From NCBI GenBank assembly GCA_046093525.1, contig JBJTFT010000052.1, forward strand, positions 1-36,850: DNA of 36,850 nt, in the 5' to 3' direction. Origin of the DNA: Sphingomonadales bacterium (GTDB taxonomy: Bacteria; Bacteroidota; Bacteroidia; Chitinophagales; Chitinophagaceae). Made by a program: the position numbers and the translations under genes. The notes under the pieces were generated by a model, which searched no databases, was not told where the DNA came from, and worked only from the letters and a program-made list of their open reading frames with translations. Each line of letters begins with the position of its first letter. Position 1 is the first letter of the stretch. Below are positions 8,866 through 18,157 of this stretch, in pieces.

Positions 8866-11240
8866 TTGCGAATAGGTTTACCCGAGGTTAGCACACTTTG
8901 AATTCGCTCCAGCGATTTTTTCTCACCACAAAGCGATAAGAACGCCTCTCTTTCCAGATCGAGCAGGTATTGCTCCGAGACCTGTGTTCTTTCGCTGAGA
9001 TCGCCACCGCACATCACATAGGCCAGCTTTTTGGCAATGAGGGCATCGTGTTGCGAGGCATAACCTGCTGTCTGCATGGCATGGATACCGGCATAGAGTA
9101 CTCCCAGTCCGGCTCTTCCCAATACGTTGATATCTTTTCTTTCAACAGGCCGGTTATAGCCGGCTTGTTGCATCGCCAACACCGATCGTTTGGCGGCGGC
9201 CAGGCGACGATGAGCATTGTAAATGACCTCATCGGTTCCCTTACGATAAATGCCCATGGCAAAAGCCTCGGCTGCCGAGGTAGCCACCTTTGCGGTGGCG
9301 ATCGACATAAATCGATGCTTGAGCGTATTGGTATCGGGTTCGTCGGGATGCATCTCATCGGAGGCGCGCAGCGCGAATTCTTTGGTACCGCCCCCACCGG
9401 GAATAAGCCCTACACCCAATTCAACCAGTCCAGTATATGTTTCTGCGGCCGCACAACATTTGTCTGCATGCAACGTGAGCTCACAACCTCCTCCTAAGGT
9501 CAATCCGTGTGGAGCTACCACGACCGGAATAGAGGAGTAGCGGGCACGCATGGTTGTTTGTTGAAACATCCGAATGGCCAGATCAAGTTCATCATATTCT
9601 TGCTCTATGGCCATCATAAAGATCATGCCCACATTGGCGCCGGCCGAAAAATTGGCACCTTCGTTTCCAATTACAAGTCCACGATAAGATTGTTCTGCTT
9701 TTTCAATGGCCGTTTGAATACCACTGAGTACATCTCCACCGATGCTTCCCATTTTGGTTTGCCATTGTAAGCCCAATACTTCATCTCCCAGATCGTACAA
9801 TGAACAGGAACTGTTTTTCCAAACGAGCTTTTCTTTATGATGACTCATCACCAAAAAGTCGGCACCACCCGGCAAGGGTTTGTACGACGTAGAGGCGGGC
9901 TCATAGCAATACCGGATACCTTTCTCGTTCTTGTAAAATTGAGTATGCCCGCTTGCGATCATGTCCGTTACCCAAGAGGCAGGGGGCATACCCGCTTTCT
10001 CCATTTCGGCGACCATCGTGGCTACGCCCAGTACATCCCATGCTTCAAATGCACCCATCTCCCAGCCAAAGCCCGCCATCATGGCATCGTCTACCCGGTA
10101 CAGTTCATCACTGATCTCAGGAATACGGTGAGAGATGTACGAGAAAATGCGGTAATGAAGTAAGCGATAGAATTCTCCTGCTTTATCCTTTCCTTTTACT
10201 AAGCTGATCAGTCGGGTCGAAAGATCTTCGATGGGTTTAGCGGCCTCTAGTGTGGCAAACGAGGCTTTCTTACGCGGGTGGTACGTGAGCGTCTCCAGAT
10301 CGAGGGTCAGGATTTCTTTTTTTCCGGCCTCATTTTTTGTTTTCTTAAAAAAGCCCTGACCGGTCTTGTCTCCCAGCCAATTGTTATCGACCATTTTTTG
10401 TAGCCAATCAGGAATGGTAAAGAGGGAGTGCGCTTCGTCGTGAGGGCAATTGGCAGCTACGCCTCCGGCTACTTTAACCATGGTATCGATACCTACTACA
10501 TCGGCAGTGCGAAACGTCGCTGACTTGGGTCTTCCAATAATAGGGCCCGTGAGGGCATCAACTTCGTCGATGCTAAGTTGTAATTGTTGTTTCAAGTGCA
10601 TGATGGCCATGATGCCGAATACGCCAATGCGATTCGCAATAAAGGCGGGCGTGTCCTTGCAGTTGACCGTGGTCTTTCCCAAGTGCCGATCGCCGTATTG
10701 CATCAAAAAATCGACAAGTGCCGGATCGGTGTCCACGGTAGGGATGATCTCCAGTAGTTTTAGATAGCGTGGCGGATTAAAGAAATGCGTACCACAAAAA
10801 TGCCTGCGAAAATCTTCGCTTCTTCCTTCGGCCATCATCGATATGGGAATACCCGAGGTGTTGGAGCTTATGATGGTACCGGGTTTTCTATAGCGCTCTA
10901 CTTTTTCGAACAATTGTTGTTTGATGTCGAGTCGTTCTACCACTACCTCTATGGTCCAATCACATGTGCCGATCTCGGCAAGGTTGTCTTCGAAGTTGCC
11001 GGTGCGGATACGTTTTGCGACCTCCTTTTCATAAACGGGAGACGGATTGCTCTTTAGTGCGGCTTGTAGGGCCTCGTTGACGATTCGGTTACGCGCCGTG
11101 GCTCCGTCGGCCGTGGTTACCCCCGACGGAACTATATCGAGCAAAAGAACATCTAGTCCAACTCCTGCAAAATGACAGGCAATACGAGAGCCCATCACAC
11201 CACTGCCCAACACCGCCACTTTACGAATGATTCGATTCAT
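8862..11240 (-). CDS. fadN: 3-hydroxyacyl-CoA dehydrogenase/enoyl-CoA hydratase family protein (FadN-like)
   Basis: VAVLGSGVMG, SNTSG, HFFNPPRY, KDTPAFIANR; C-terminal crotonase domain (FSAGAN, LGGGCE, GLVELGVGLIPGGGG). Confidence 0.9.
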   Translation of the reverse strand: MNRIIRKVAVLGSGVMGSRIACHFAGVGLDVLLLDIVPSGVTTADGATARNRIVNEALQAALKSNPSPVYEKEVAKRIRTGNFEDNLAEIGTCDWTIEVVVERLDIKQQLFEKVERYRKPGTIISSNTSGIPISMMAEGRSEDFRRHFCGTHFFNPPRYLKLLEIIPTVDTDPALVDFLMQYGDRHLGKTTVNCKDTPAFIANRIGVFGIMAIMHLKQQLQLSIDEVDALTGPIIGRPKSATFRTADVVGIDTMVKVAGGVAANCPHDEAHSLFTIPDWLQKMVDNNWLGDKTGQGFFKKTKNEAGKKEILTLDLETLTYHPRKKASFATLEAAKPIEDLSTRLISLVKGKDKAGEFYRLLHYRIFSYISHRIPEISDELYRVDDAMMAGFGWEMGAFEAWDVLGVATMVAEMEKAGMPPASWVTDMIASGHTQFYKNEKGIRYCYEPASTSYKPLPGGADFLVMSHHKEKLVWKNSSCSLYDLGDEVLGLQWQTKMGSIGGDVLSGIQTAIEKAEQSYRGLVIGNEGANFSAGANVGMIFMMAIEQEYDELDLAIRMFQQTTMRARYSSIPVVVAPHGLTLGGGCELTLHADKCCAAAETYTGLVELGVGLIPGGGGTKEFALRASDEMHPDEPDTNTLKHRFMSIATAKVATSAAEAFAMGIYRKGTDEVIYNAHRRLAAAKRSVLAMQQAGYNRPVERKDINVLGRAGLGVLYAGIHAMQTAGYASQHDALIAKKLAYVMCGGDLSERTQVSEQYLLDLEREAFLSLCGEKKSLERIQSVLTSGKPIRN

Positions 11241-11249
11241 AAAAAATAG

Positions 11250-11283
11250 TTAGTTATGCAACTAAATTACTGCTACTAAATTA
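11250..11283 (-). promoter_or_regulatory. Candidate fadN promoter/operator
   Basis: Inverted repeat TTAGTT-ATGC-AACTAA (11250-11265) and two ACTAAATTA direct repeats (11261, 11275). On the minus strand these read TAATTTAG, one mismatch from TAnnTTTG. Confidence 0.45.
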
Positions 11284-11310
11284 AGATGTTTGGTGTTTGA
11301 AAAGAAAAAC

Positions 11311-13431
11311 TCAGCTGACTATGGCACCCGGGTCAATGGGTTGCGCGGGTTGAATGAACACGAGCTTACCATCGGTGCTTTCGGCCATCAGGATCATTCC
11401 ATTGCTCTCGATGCCTTTCATTTTGCGAGGTGCCAGGTTGGTGACCACCGTAACCGATTGGCCGATGAGCGTTTCGGGGGCATAATGCAGGGCAATGCCA
11501 CTTACGATGGTACGGGTTTCGCTACCCAGGTCTACCTGCAGGCAAAGTAATTTATCGGCCTTTTCTACTTTCTCGGCGGCACGAATGATACCGGTCTTCA
11601 GTTCTAGTTTGGCAAAGTCATCGTATTGTATGGTCGCTTTTGCCGGGGCGATGGATTTTTCTGGCGGCAGTGCCGAACCGGTATCAGGCGTAGACATAGT
11701 GTGTTTCTTTAGTTTTTCTAATTGGGTCAAGATCTCTTGGTCTTCGATCTTTCTGAACAGCAGTTGTGGGGCACGCAAGGAATATCCTGTTTTGAGCAGA
11801 TTGACCTTTCCGGCATTTTCCCACTGTAACATCTTTTCGACCACCTTCATCTGGTGCAACAAGGTCTTGGCCGTATGGGGCAAAAAGGGATTGATCAGAA
11901 TGGCCAGGTTGGCGGTGAGTTGCAAACAAAGGTGCAGACAGTTATCGATGCGAGCCTGGGCACCGGGATCCTGCTCGATCTGCTTGGCCACGATCCAGGG
12001 CTCCTTCTTTTGCATGTATTGATTTCCCTTGCGTGACAGGTCTATGATCTCAAAGAGGGCTTCCCGGAATTTATATTGCTCGAGCAGTGCTTCAATTTTT
12101 TGGGGAGCCTCGGTAAGGGCCTTTCGTAATTCTTCGTCCGTTTCATCTTTGGCCGTTGCGTGAAAGGGAGGAACTTTTCCTTGGCAAAGTTTATGCATCA
12201 ATACCCAGGTACGGTTAATGAAATTACCGAAGACCGCGACGAGTTCGCTATTGACGGCTTCTTGAAATCCCTTCCAGGTAAATTCGCTGTCTTTAGTTTC
12301 CGGAGCGATCTGCGTAAGATAATAGCGGAGCATATCCACACACTGCGGTCCTCCTTGGGGAGCTTCTACAAAATCTTGAATGTAGTCGCGCATATCGAGT
12401 TTCCAGTTGCGGCTGGTACTCATCTTGTCGCCCTCTAGATTCAGAAACTCATTGGCTGGTACATTATCGGGTAAAATATAGCCATGCAGTTTCAGCATCA
12501 CCGGAAAAATAATACAGTGAAAAACTATATTGTCCTTTCCAATAAAGTGAACCAGTTTGGTGTCTTTGTCTTGCCAATAGGGCGCCCAGTCTTTTCCGTT
12601 ATCGAGCGCCCATTGCTTGGTGGCACTGATGTAGCCAATGGGGGCATCGAACCACACGTAGAGTACTTTGCCATCGGCTCCTTCGATCCGGGAGGGTAAC
12701 GATACGCCCCAGTCCAGATCTCGTGTAACGGCCCTGGGTTGCAGTCCACCCTCGATCCAACCCTTGCATTGCCCAACCACGGTGGGGCGCCAATCTTTTT
12801 GATGCTGCTTAAGGATCCAATCTTGTAAGAATGCTTCGTGTTGGTCGAGGGGTAAATACCAGTGCGTCGTGTTTTTGTTTTCAGGGGGGTGTGCACTCAA
12901 CGGACTGACGGGATTAACAAACACCTCCGGACTCAATTAGCGTCCACAGGTTTCGCACGGGTCACCAAAAGCGCGATCACTGCCACAGGCAGGGCAGGTA
13001 CCTTTGATATAGCGATCGGCCAAGAAACACTGGGCCGCCTCATCGAAAAATTGTTCGGTCTCTTTGGTTTGTAACGCTCCTTGTTTTTCGAGGGTATCAA
13101 AAAATGCAGTGGCCGTTTGATGATGCAGGGCGGCACTGGTCCGGTGATAGATATCGAAGCTGATGGAGAGTTTTTCAAAGTCCTCTTTCATCGCTTGGTG
13201 ATACTTGTCGATGATGGCCTGCGCCGTGGTACCTTCTTTTTTGGCTTGAAGGGGAATGGCCGTTCCGTGCTCGTCACTTCCGCATACGAATACCACATCT
13301 CGTTGCTGTGCTCGCAAGTAACGAACATAGATGTCGGCCGGAATGTAGGCCCCCGCCAAATGCCCCACATGTTTTAGTCCGTTAGCGTAGGGTAGGGCCG
13401 AGGTGATCAGGTATCGTTTGGGGGTGCTCAT
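11311..13431 (-). CDS. metG: Methionine--tRNA ligase, interrupted by one in-frame TAA at 12937-12939
   Basis: ITSALPYANG..HVGH (HIGH), GSDEHG, CPAC/CETC knuckle, YVWFDA, KMSTS (KMSKS-like) and C-terminal tRNA-binding OB domain. ORFs 12937..13431 and 11311..12936 abut in the same frame. Confidence 0.95.
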
Positions 13432-13439
13432 GCAGGTTG

Positions 13440-13470
13440 CAAAAATACCGTAATCGAACCTTGTCCCAAA
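13440..13470 (-). promoter_or_regulatory. Bacteroidota primary-sigma promoter for metG
   Basis: Minus strand reads TTTG-N19-TATTTTTG, matching the -33/-7 consensus; ends 8 nt before the ATG. Confidence 0.8.
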
Positions 13471-13513
13471 ATGAGATGCACGTATTACCTTTATTCACTC
13501 TTATACTCGTACT

Positions 13514-14422
13514 ATGACGCAACCTTCATCGCTACAGCCCGGCGATACTATTGCCCTGGTTTGTCCGGCCGGTTATATGCCCGTTGACAAGGTACAAACC
13601 TGTGTAAAGGTGTTGGGCGAATGGGGATACCGGGTGGTGGTCGGGTCAACGGTGGGAGGAAACTCATCTACCTATTTTTCGGGCTCCGATCAAGAGCGAC
13701 TTACCGATCTGCAACGCATGCTCGACGATCGATCGATTCGCGCTATTCTCTGCGCGCGCGGAGGCTATGGCACTGGCCGACTGATCGAACAGCTCGATTT
13801 TTCCGTTTTTCTCGATCAGCCCAAATGGATCATTGGTTTTTCGGATATCACCATCTTGCATGCACATATTTATAGGCAGTTTGGTATCTGCACGCTGCAT
13901 GCTCCCATGGCAGCTGCCTTTAACGACGGGGGCTGGCAACACGATGCCGTGCAGTCGCTTCGCGAAGCATTGCAGGGGTTTAGCCTGGCTTGCAGCGGGC
14001 CGGAGCACCCTTTTAATCGGTTGGGTACCGCCAAGGGCACTTTGGTAGGCGGCAATTTGGCCTTGTTGGCTCATTTGACAGGTACATCTTCGGAGGTAGA
14101 TACGAGCGGCAAGATCTTATTTATAGAAGATGTGGGCGAGCAATTGTACAATATCGACCGAATGATGTGCCAGCTTCAACGAAGTGGAAAACTCGATCGC
14201 TTGGCAGCGCTAGTAGTGGGCGGTTTTAGTGATTGCAAAGACACGGACCGGCCTTTTGGCAAGACGGCTTACGAGATCATTCATGCGTGGGTAAGCGGAT
14301 ATAACTATCCGATCTGCTTTGATTTTCCGGTCAGTCATACCGAACGTAACATGACGCTCAAGCATGGGGCCATATATGAGATCAAGATCGATGCTACCGG
14401 CTCCTTACTTGCCGAGTGGTAA
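13514..14422 (+). CDS. LD-carboxypeptidase, peptidase S66 family (LdcA-like)
   Basis: P..LQPGDTIALVCPA, CARGGYG, GFSDIT (catalytic Ser), GGNL, FIEDVGE (Glu) and SH (His). Confidence 0.92.
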   Translation: MTQPSSLQPGDTIALVCPAGYMPVDKVQTCVKVLGEWGYRVVVGSTVGGNSSTYFSGSDQERLTDLQRMLDDRSIRAILCARGGYGTGRLIEQLDFSVFLDQPKWIIGFSDITILHAHIYRQFGICTLHAPMAAAFNDGGWQHDAVQSLREALQGFSLACSGPEHPFNRLGTAKGTLVGGNLALLAHLTGTSSEVDTSGKILFIEDVGEQLYNIDRMMCQLQRSGKLDRLAALVVGGFSDCKDTDRPFGKTAYEIIHAWVSGYNYPICFDFPVSHTERNMTLKHGAIYEIKIDATGSLLAEW

Positions 14423-14425
14423 TGT

Positions 14426-15253
14426 TTACCGAAGTGTTTTCGATAGCCACTCGATGGTTTTTGGAAAACGATACAGGTCGTTGTGAGAGCCTCCTTCAAT
14501 AACGACAAGTTGGTCTTGTGGCTTGAACAGCGTTGATAATTTTCTCGATTGTCGTACTGAAATAATGCCATCGTCCGTTCCATGCAATAACGTAATAGGC
14601 GCCGATACAAAGGGGAGGTATTGGCAGGTGGGTAACTGGTACCGCAACAGCATGTTCATAGGATAGATAGGCAAGAAGCGTTGCAATACATCCGAAAAAT
14701 GGTAGTAGGGTGTTTCCAAGATGAGATGTTTGCAATCACGGCGTGAAGCGAGTTGGGCAGCGACTCCGGTACCCAGACTTTTTCCATAAATGATCAAACT
14801 GTCGGAGGCATACCTTTTACGTGCCATTTGGTAGGCTAGCCCGGCCCAGTCATAAAGTTTTTGCTCCGACAGCGCTCCTTTACTTTTACCATAGCCCGGA
14901 TAGTCGGGCATCAGTACTTCGTAGCCATATTGAGTAAAGTAAGGCACGAATTTCTCGTACCAACCAATATTTTGACGATTGCCATGGAAATACAATACCA
15001 ACCCTCGTACTACACCGCTATCGGGGCGGTACAAGACAGCATGAAAGGTGTCTTGTTTATTGACGGGCACTGTAATTTCTCTATGGGGTAATGTGGTAGC
15101 GAATTGGTGAGAAGCCGGCAGCACGCGAGAACGAAAGATGAATGTCTCCTGAAAAAAATAGATCAGCAAAGCGCCAATCAGATAGACCAGCAGCAAGAGG
15201 CTGATCATCTTTTTGGTACGTGGACTGCGGAGTTTTGAGAGTAGGGAGACCAT
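14426..15253 (-). CDS. Alpha/beta hydrolase with N-terminal membrane anchor (BEM46/ABHD-like)
   Basis: YFHGN, DYPGYGKS, GKSLG nucleophile elbow, HGTDD and GGSHN. Confidence 0.88.
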   Translation of the reverse strand: MVSLLSKLRSPRTKKMISLLLLVYLIGALLIYFFQETFIFRSRVLPASHQFATTLPHREITVPVNKQDTFHAVLYRPDSGVVRGLVLYFHGNRQNIGWYEKFVPYFTQYGYEVLMPDYPGYGKSKGALSEQKLYDWAGLAYQMARKRYASDSLIIYGKSLGTGVAAQLASRRDCKHLILETPYYHFSDVLQRFLPIYPMNMLLRYQLPTCQYLPFVSAPITLLHGTDDGIISVRQSRKLSTLFKPQDQLVVIEGGSHNDLYRFPKTIEWLSKTLR

Positions 15254-16047
15254 CAGTATTTTAAAATGTCGCGGATAAAATTGTGATATTCGTCGAAGGA
15301 GGGTAGGTTATTATGTCCGCCACCTTCGATTCGGATCAACGTGCATTTTCGAGGATTGATCTTTTGCAGGTTCTCGCTGTGTCTGATAGGGATCAATCGA
15401 TCGCGGGTACCATGAATAATGTACGTATGACATTTTACCAGGGGTAGCCACTGGTCGGAACGAAGGTGATAGCGAAGTACCAAACGAACCGGCAAAATAG
15501 GTAAGAACCGCTCAATGACCTTTCTGAAATTAAAATAGGGGGCATCGAGTATCAAATAGCGGGGATGATTGTCTGAAGCTAGTTTGGTGGCAAAGCCACT
15601 ACCCAGACTTCGGCCATAAATAATAAGGTGATCTTCGCTATAGGTTTCAAGTAATCGGTCGTATACGAACTGCATATCGCCCAACATTTCTTTTTCGCTT
15701 CGCTTGCCCGTGCTTTTGCCAAACCCACGGTAATCGACCAGCACGACGTCGTAGTCGTAGCGATAAAAATCTTTTGCATAGCGCGCCCATCCCTTGATAC
15801 TTCTGGTATTGCCATGAAAGTATAGGATAAGTCCTTTAGGTTGGTCTCTGTAAAAATGTAGCCCATTGATCCGAACGCCCGGACTTACGTCAAAAAAGTA
15901 CTCTTTGAAAGGGGCATTGTATTGAAATTGAAAATCGGCGGCTAATTTTTCGGGTCTAAAGATAAATCGCTCTTGCAGCAGATAAGCCAGCAAGGACAAG
16001 CCGATCACCGAGCCGAGTATATACCATAGTAGGGGGGCCACGGACAT
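15253..16047 (-). CDS. Alpha/beta hydrolase with N-terminal membrane anchor, paralog of its neighbour
   Basis: YFHGN, DYRGFGKS, GRSLG, HGTRD and GGGHN; 1-nt stop/start overlaps on both sides. Confidence 0.88.
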   Translation of the reverse strand: MSVAPLLWYILGSVIGLSLLAYLLQERFIFRPEKLAADFQFQYNAPFKEYFFDVSPGVRINGLHFYRDQPKGLILYFHGNTRSIKGWARYAKDFYRYDYDVVLVDYRGFGKSTGKRSEKEMLGDMQFVYDRLLETYSEDHLIIYGRSLGSGFATKLASDNHPRYLILDAPYFNFRKVIERFLPILPVRLVLRYHLRSDQWLPLVKCHTYIIHGTRDRLIPIRHSENLQKINPRKCTLIRIEGGGHNNLPSFDEYHNFIRDILKY

Positions 16048-18059
16048 TAATTTTCGATCCGACGCAGCGAGAGGTTGGTAACAGGCGCCACTATAAGCGG
16101 AAATTTCTCTACCGTTACATTCGAGAGGTCCAAGCCAAAGCCTTTTTCTTCGGAAAGGCTATGGTCTTTGATCCAGAAATAAAATTTCATGATCACCCGC
16201 TCAATAAATGGCAATTCGTTATCCTGGCTGAGGTATTTTTCCATCACCATAAACTGAAAATCTCCTACTGTGTGGGCATTCGATAAACTTTCGTAGCGAC
16301 TAAAGATGTTCACCTCTTTATTGGCCACCAGCTCTTCCACTACTTTTCTGAACATGAGATTAACACGAGGTTCTACCCGAAACCCTAATCGAAAATCAAT
16401 GCGAATGATATCGTTGGGAATAATATGGTCTACTTTGTATTCGCAGGTATAGGGGTTATCGACAGTATCGATGTGAACGAACCAGTATATATCGGCCCGC
16501 TTGGGTTTCTTGTTCAAGATGGAGTAGACGATCTTGTGTTCGATCTCGCGAGGGTTGTTCGCACTGGTCAGGTACACCAGGTGCGTGGCATACTTGGGAA
16601 CGGAGCGATCACTGCTTAACTCCTGAATTTTGGGGATGTAATGATCGAGCCTCACGAACTCCACATAGCGGTTTTTGATCTTTCGGGCACGATACCATAC
16701 ATACATTACAGTAAAGACCAAGACCCCGATGATGAGCGTAATGTAACCGCCATGGGTAAACTTGACCATCAGCGCTACCAGGTAACTAACCTCTACAGTA
16801 AGATAACCTGCCAAGAAAAGGTAGATCCAAAACGATTTGATCCGGTGCAAGACAAGATAGTTGGCAAATAAAATAGTAGTGGCCAGCATGGTCACGATAA
16901 TGGCCAGCCCATAGGCCGCCTCCATATTGGCCGACTTTCTAAAGTACAGGACCACCCCTGCACAGCCCAAGAACATTAGTAGGTTGATGGCTGGCACAAA
17001 AAGTTGTCCCTTTTCCTCCGAAGGGTAACGGATCCGGAGTTTGGGCCACAAGTTCAGTCGCATGGCCTCACTCACCAATGTAAAAGCACCCGACACCATG
17101 GCCTGACTGGCAATCACCGCGGCCGAGGTGGCGATCATAACACCCGGTATGATGAACCACTGGGGCATCAGATCATAGAAGGCATTAATGCGAAGCTGTG
17201 TTCTGAGCGCAGCGGTGATGGGTTGTTGCAAGGCGGGCAAGGTGATCCACTGCCCATCGACCAGGTAAGGTTGGGCCAGTAGCGAGGCCCCTTGTCCAAA
17301 ATAATGGATCAGCAAACAGAGCTTTACGTAGGTCCAGGTTAACCGGATATTCTTTCTTCCGCAGTGTCCCAGATCGCTGTAGAGGGCCTCCGCACCCGTG
17401 GTACATAAAAAGACAGCACCAAGTAGCCAGAAACCGCCCGGATAGGTTCGCAAGAATTCAATGGCATAATGCGGACTGATGGCTCTAAAAATAGAGAGAT
17501 CATCGAATACATGAATGCCCCCCAGCACCAACAGCATACTGAACCATACGAACATGACCGGTCCAAAGAACTGACCGATAGAGGCTGTACCAAATTGCTG
17601 TAAGAAAAAGAATAAGGCCAAAATGGAGAGTACGATAATTACGACTGTGTTACTTCCTTCTCTGATACCAAGGGCAGGTAGTTCCTTGAGTCCTTCGATG
17701 GCAGAGGTGATGGAGATCGGTGGTGTGATGATGCCGTCGGCTAGGAGAGAGGCGCCTCCTACCATGGCAGGCAACACCAGCCATTTTCTTCTTCTTCGGA
17801 CCAGCGCATACAAGGCAAAGGTTCCTCCTTCTCCCCGGTTGTCGGCGCGCAACACCATTAGTACGTATTTTAAGGTGGTCTGCAGCGTCAACGTCCAGAT
17901 GATACAAGAGAGTGTTCCCAAGATCAGCTCTTCGGTAATGATCCGATTATCGATGATGGCATTGTAAACGTAAAGAGGAGAGGTGCCGATATCACCATAA
18001 ATGATGCCCAGGGCGATCAACAATCCGGCACTCGTAACCTTGGTGGTCGAGGATTTCAC
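16047..18059 (-). CDS. kup: KUP/HAK/KT family potassium transporter
   Basis: LGIIYGDIGTSPLY, ADNRGEGGTFALY, DGIITP, TGAEALYSDLGH and AAYGLA. Start is GTG 18059 or TTG 18062. Confidence 0.95.
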   Translation of the reverse strand: MKSSTTKVTSAGLLIALGIIYGDIGTSPLYVYNAIIDNRIITEELILGTLSCIIWTLTLQTTLKYVLMVLRADNRGEGGTFALYALVRRRRKWLVLPAMVGGASLLADGIITPPISITSAIEGLKELPALGIREGSNTVVIIVLSILALFFFLQQFGTASIGQFFGPVMFVWFSMLLVLGGIHVFDDLSIFRAISPHYAIEFLRTYPGGFWLLGAVFLCTTGAEALYSDLGHCGRKNIRLTWTYVKLCLLIHYFGQGASLLAQPYLVDGQWITLPALQQPITAALRTQLRINAFYDLMPQWFIIPGVMIATSAAVIASQAMVSGAFTLVSEAMRLNLWPKLRIRYPSEEKGQLFVPAINLLMFLGCAGVVLYFRKSANMEAAYGLAIIVTMLATTILFANYLVLHRIKSFWIYLFLAGYLTVEVSYLVALMVKFTHGGYITLIIGVLVFTVMYVWYRARKIKNRYVEFVRLDHYIPKIQELSSDRSVPKYATHLVYLTSANNPREIEHKIVYSILNKKPKRADIYWFVHIDTVDNPYTCEYKVDHIIPNDIIRIDFRLGFRVEPRVNLMFRKVVEELVANKEVNIFSRYESLSNAHTVGDFQFMVMEKYLSQDNELPFIERVIMKFYFWIKDHSLSEEKGFGLDLSNVTVEKFPLIVAPVTNLSLRRIEN

Positions 18060-18063
18060 CAAA

Positions 18064-18071
18064 CAAAGGTA
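18064..18071 (-). promoter_or_regulatory. -7 promoter box for the kup operon
   Basis: Minus strand TACCTTTG, 4 nt before the GTG at 18059. Confidence 0.55.
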
Positions 18072-18157
18072 TAGGCAAAAATGTTAAATTTTGTTTTGAT
18101 GAGCGAACCGGCTTACCCAAATAACCGTTTTTACGTTTATTGGATACCTTTACCACC

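Noticed and set aside
11311-12936. 541-aa ORF as an independent gene
   Set aside because: It begins mid-knuckle domain, lacks the HIGH motif and is the in-frame continuation of metG.
12937-12939. Selenocysteine, pyrrolysine or alternative-code reading of the metG stop
   Set aside because: The codon is TAA, not TGA or TAG, and TAA ends many normal genes here (murG, murC, ftsA, ftsZ, uvrA).
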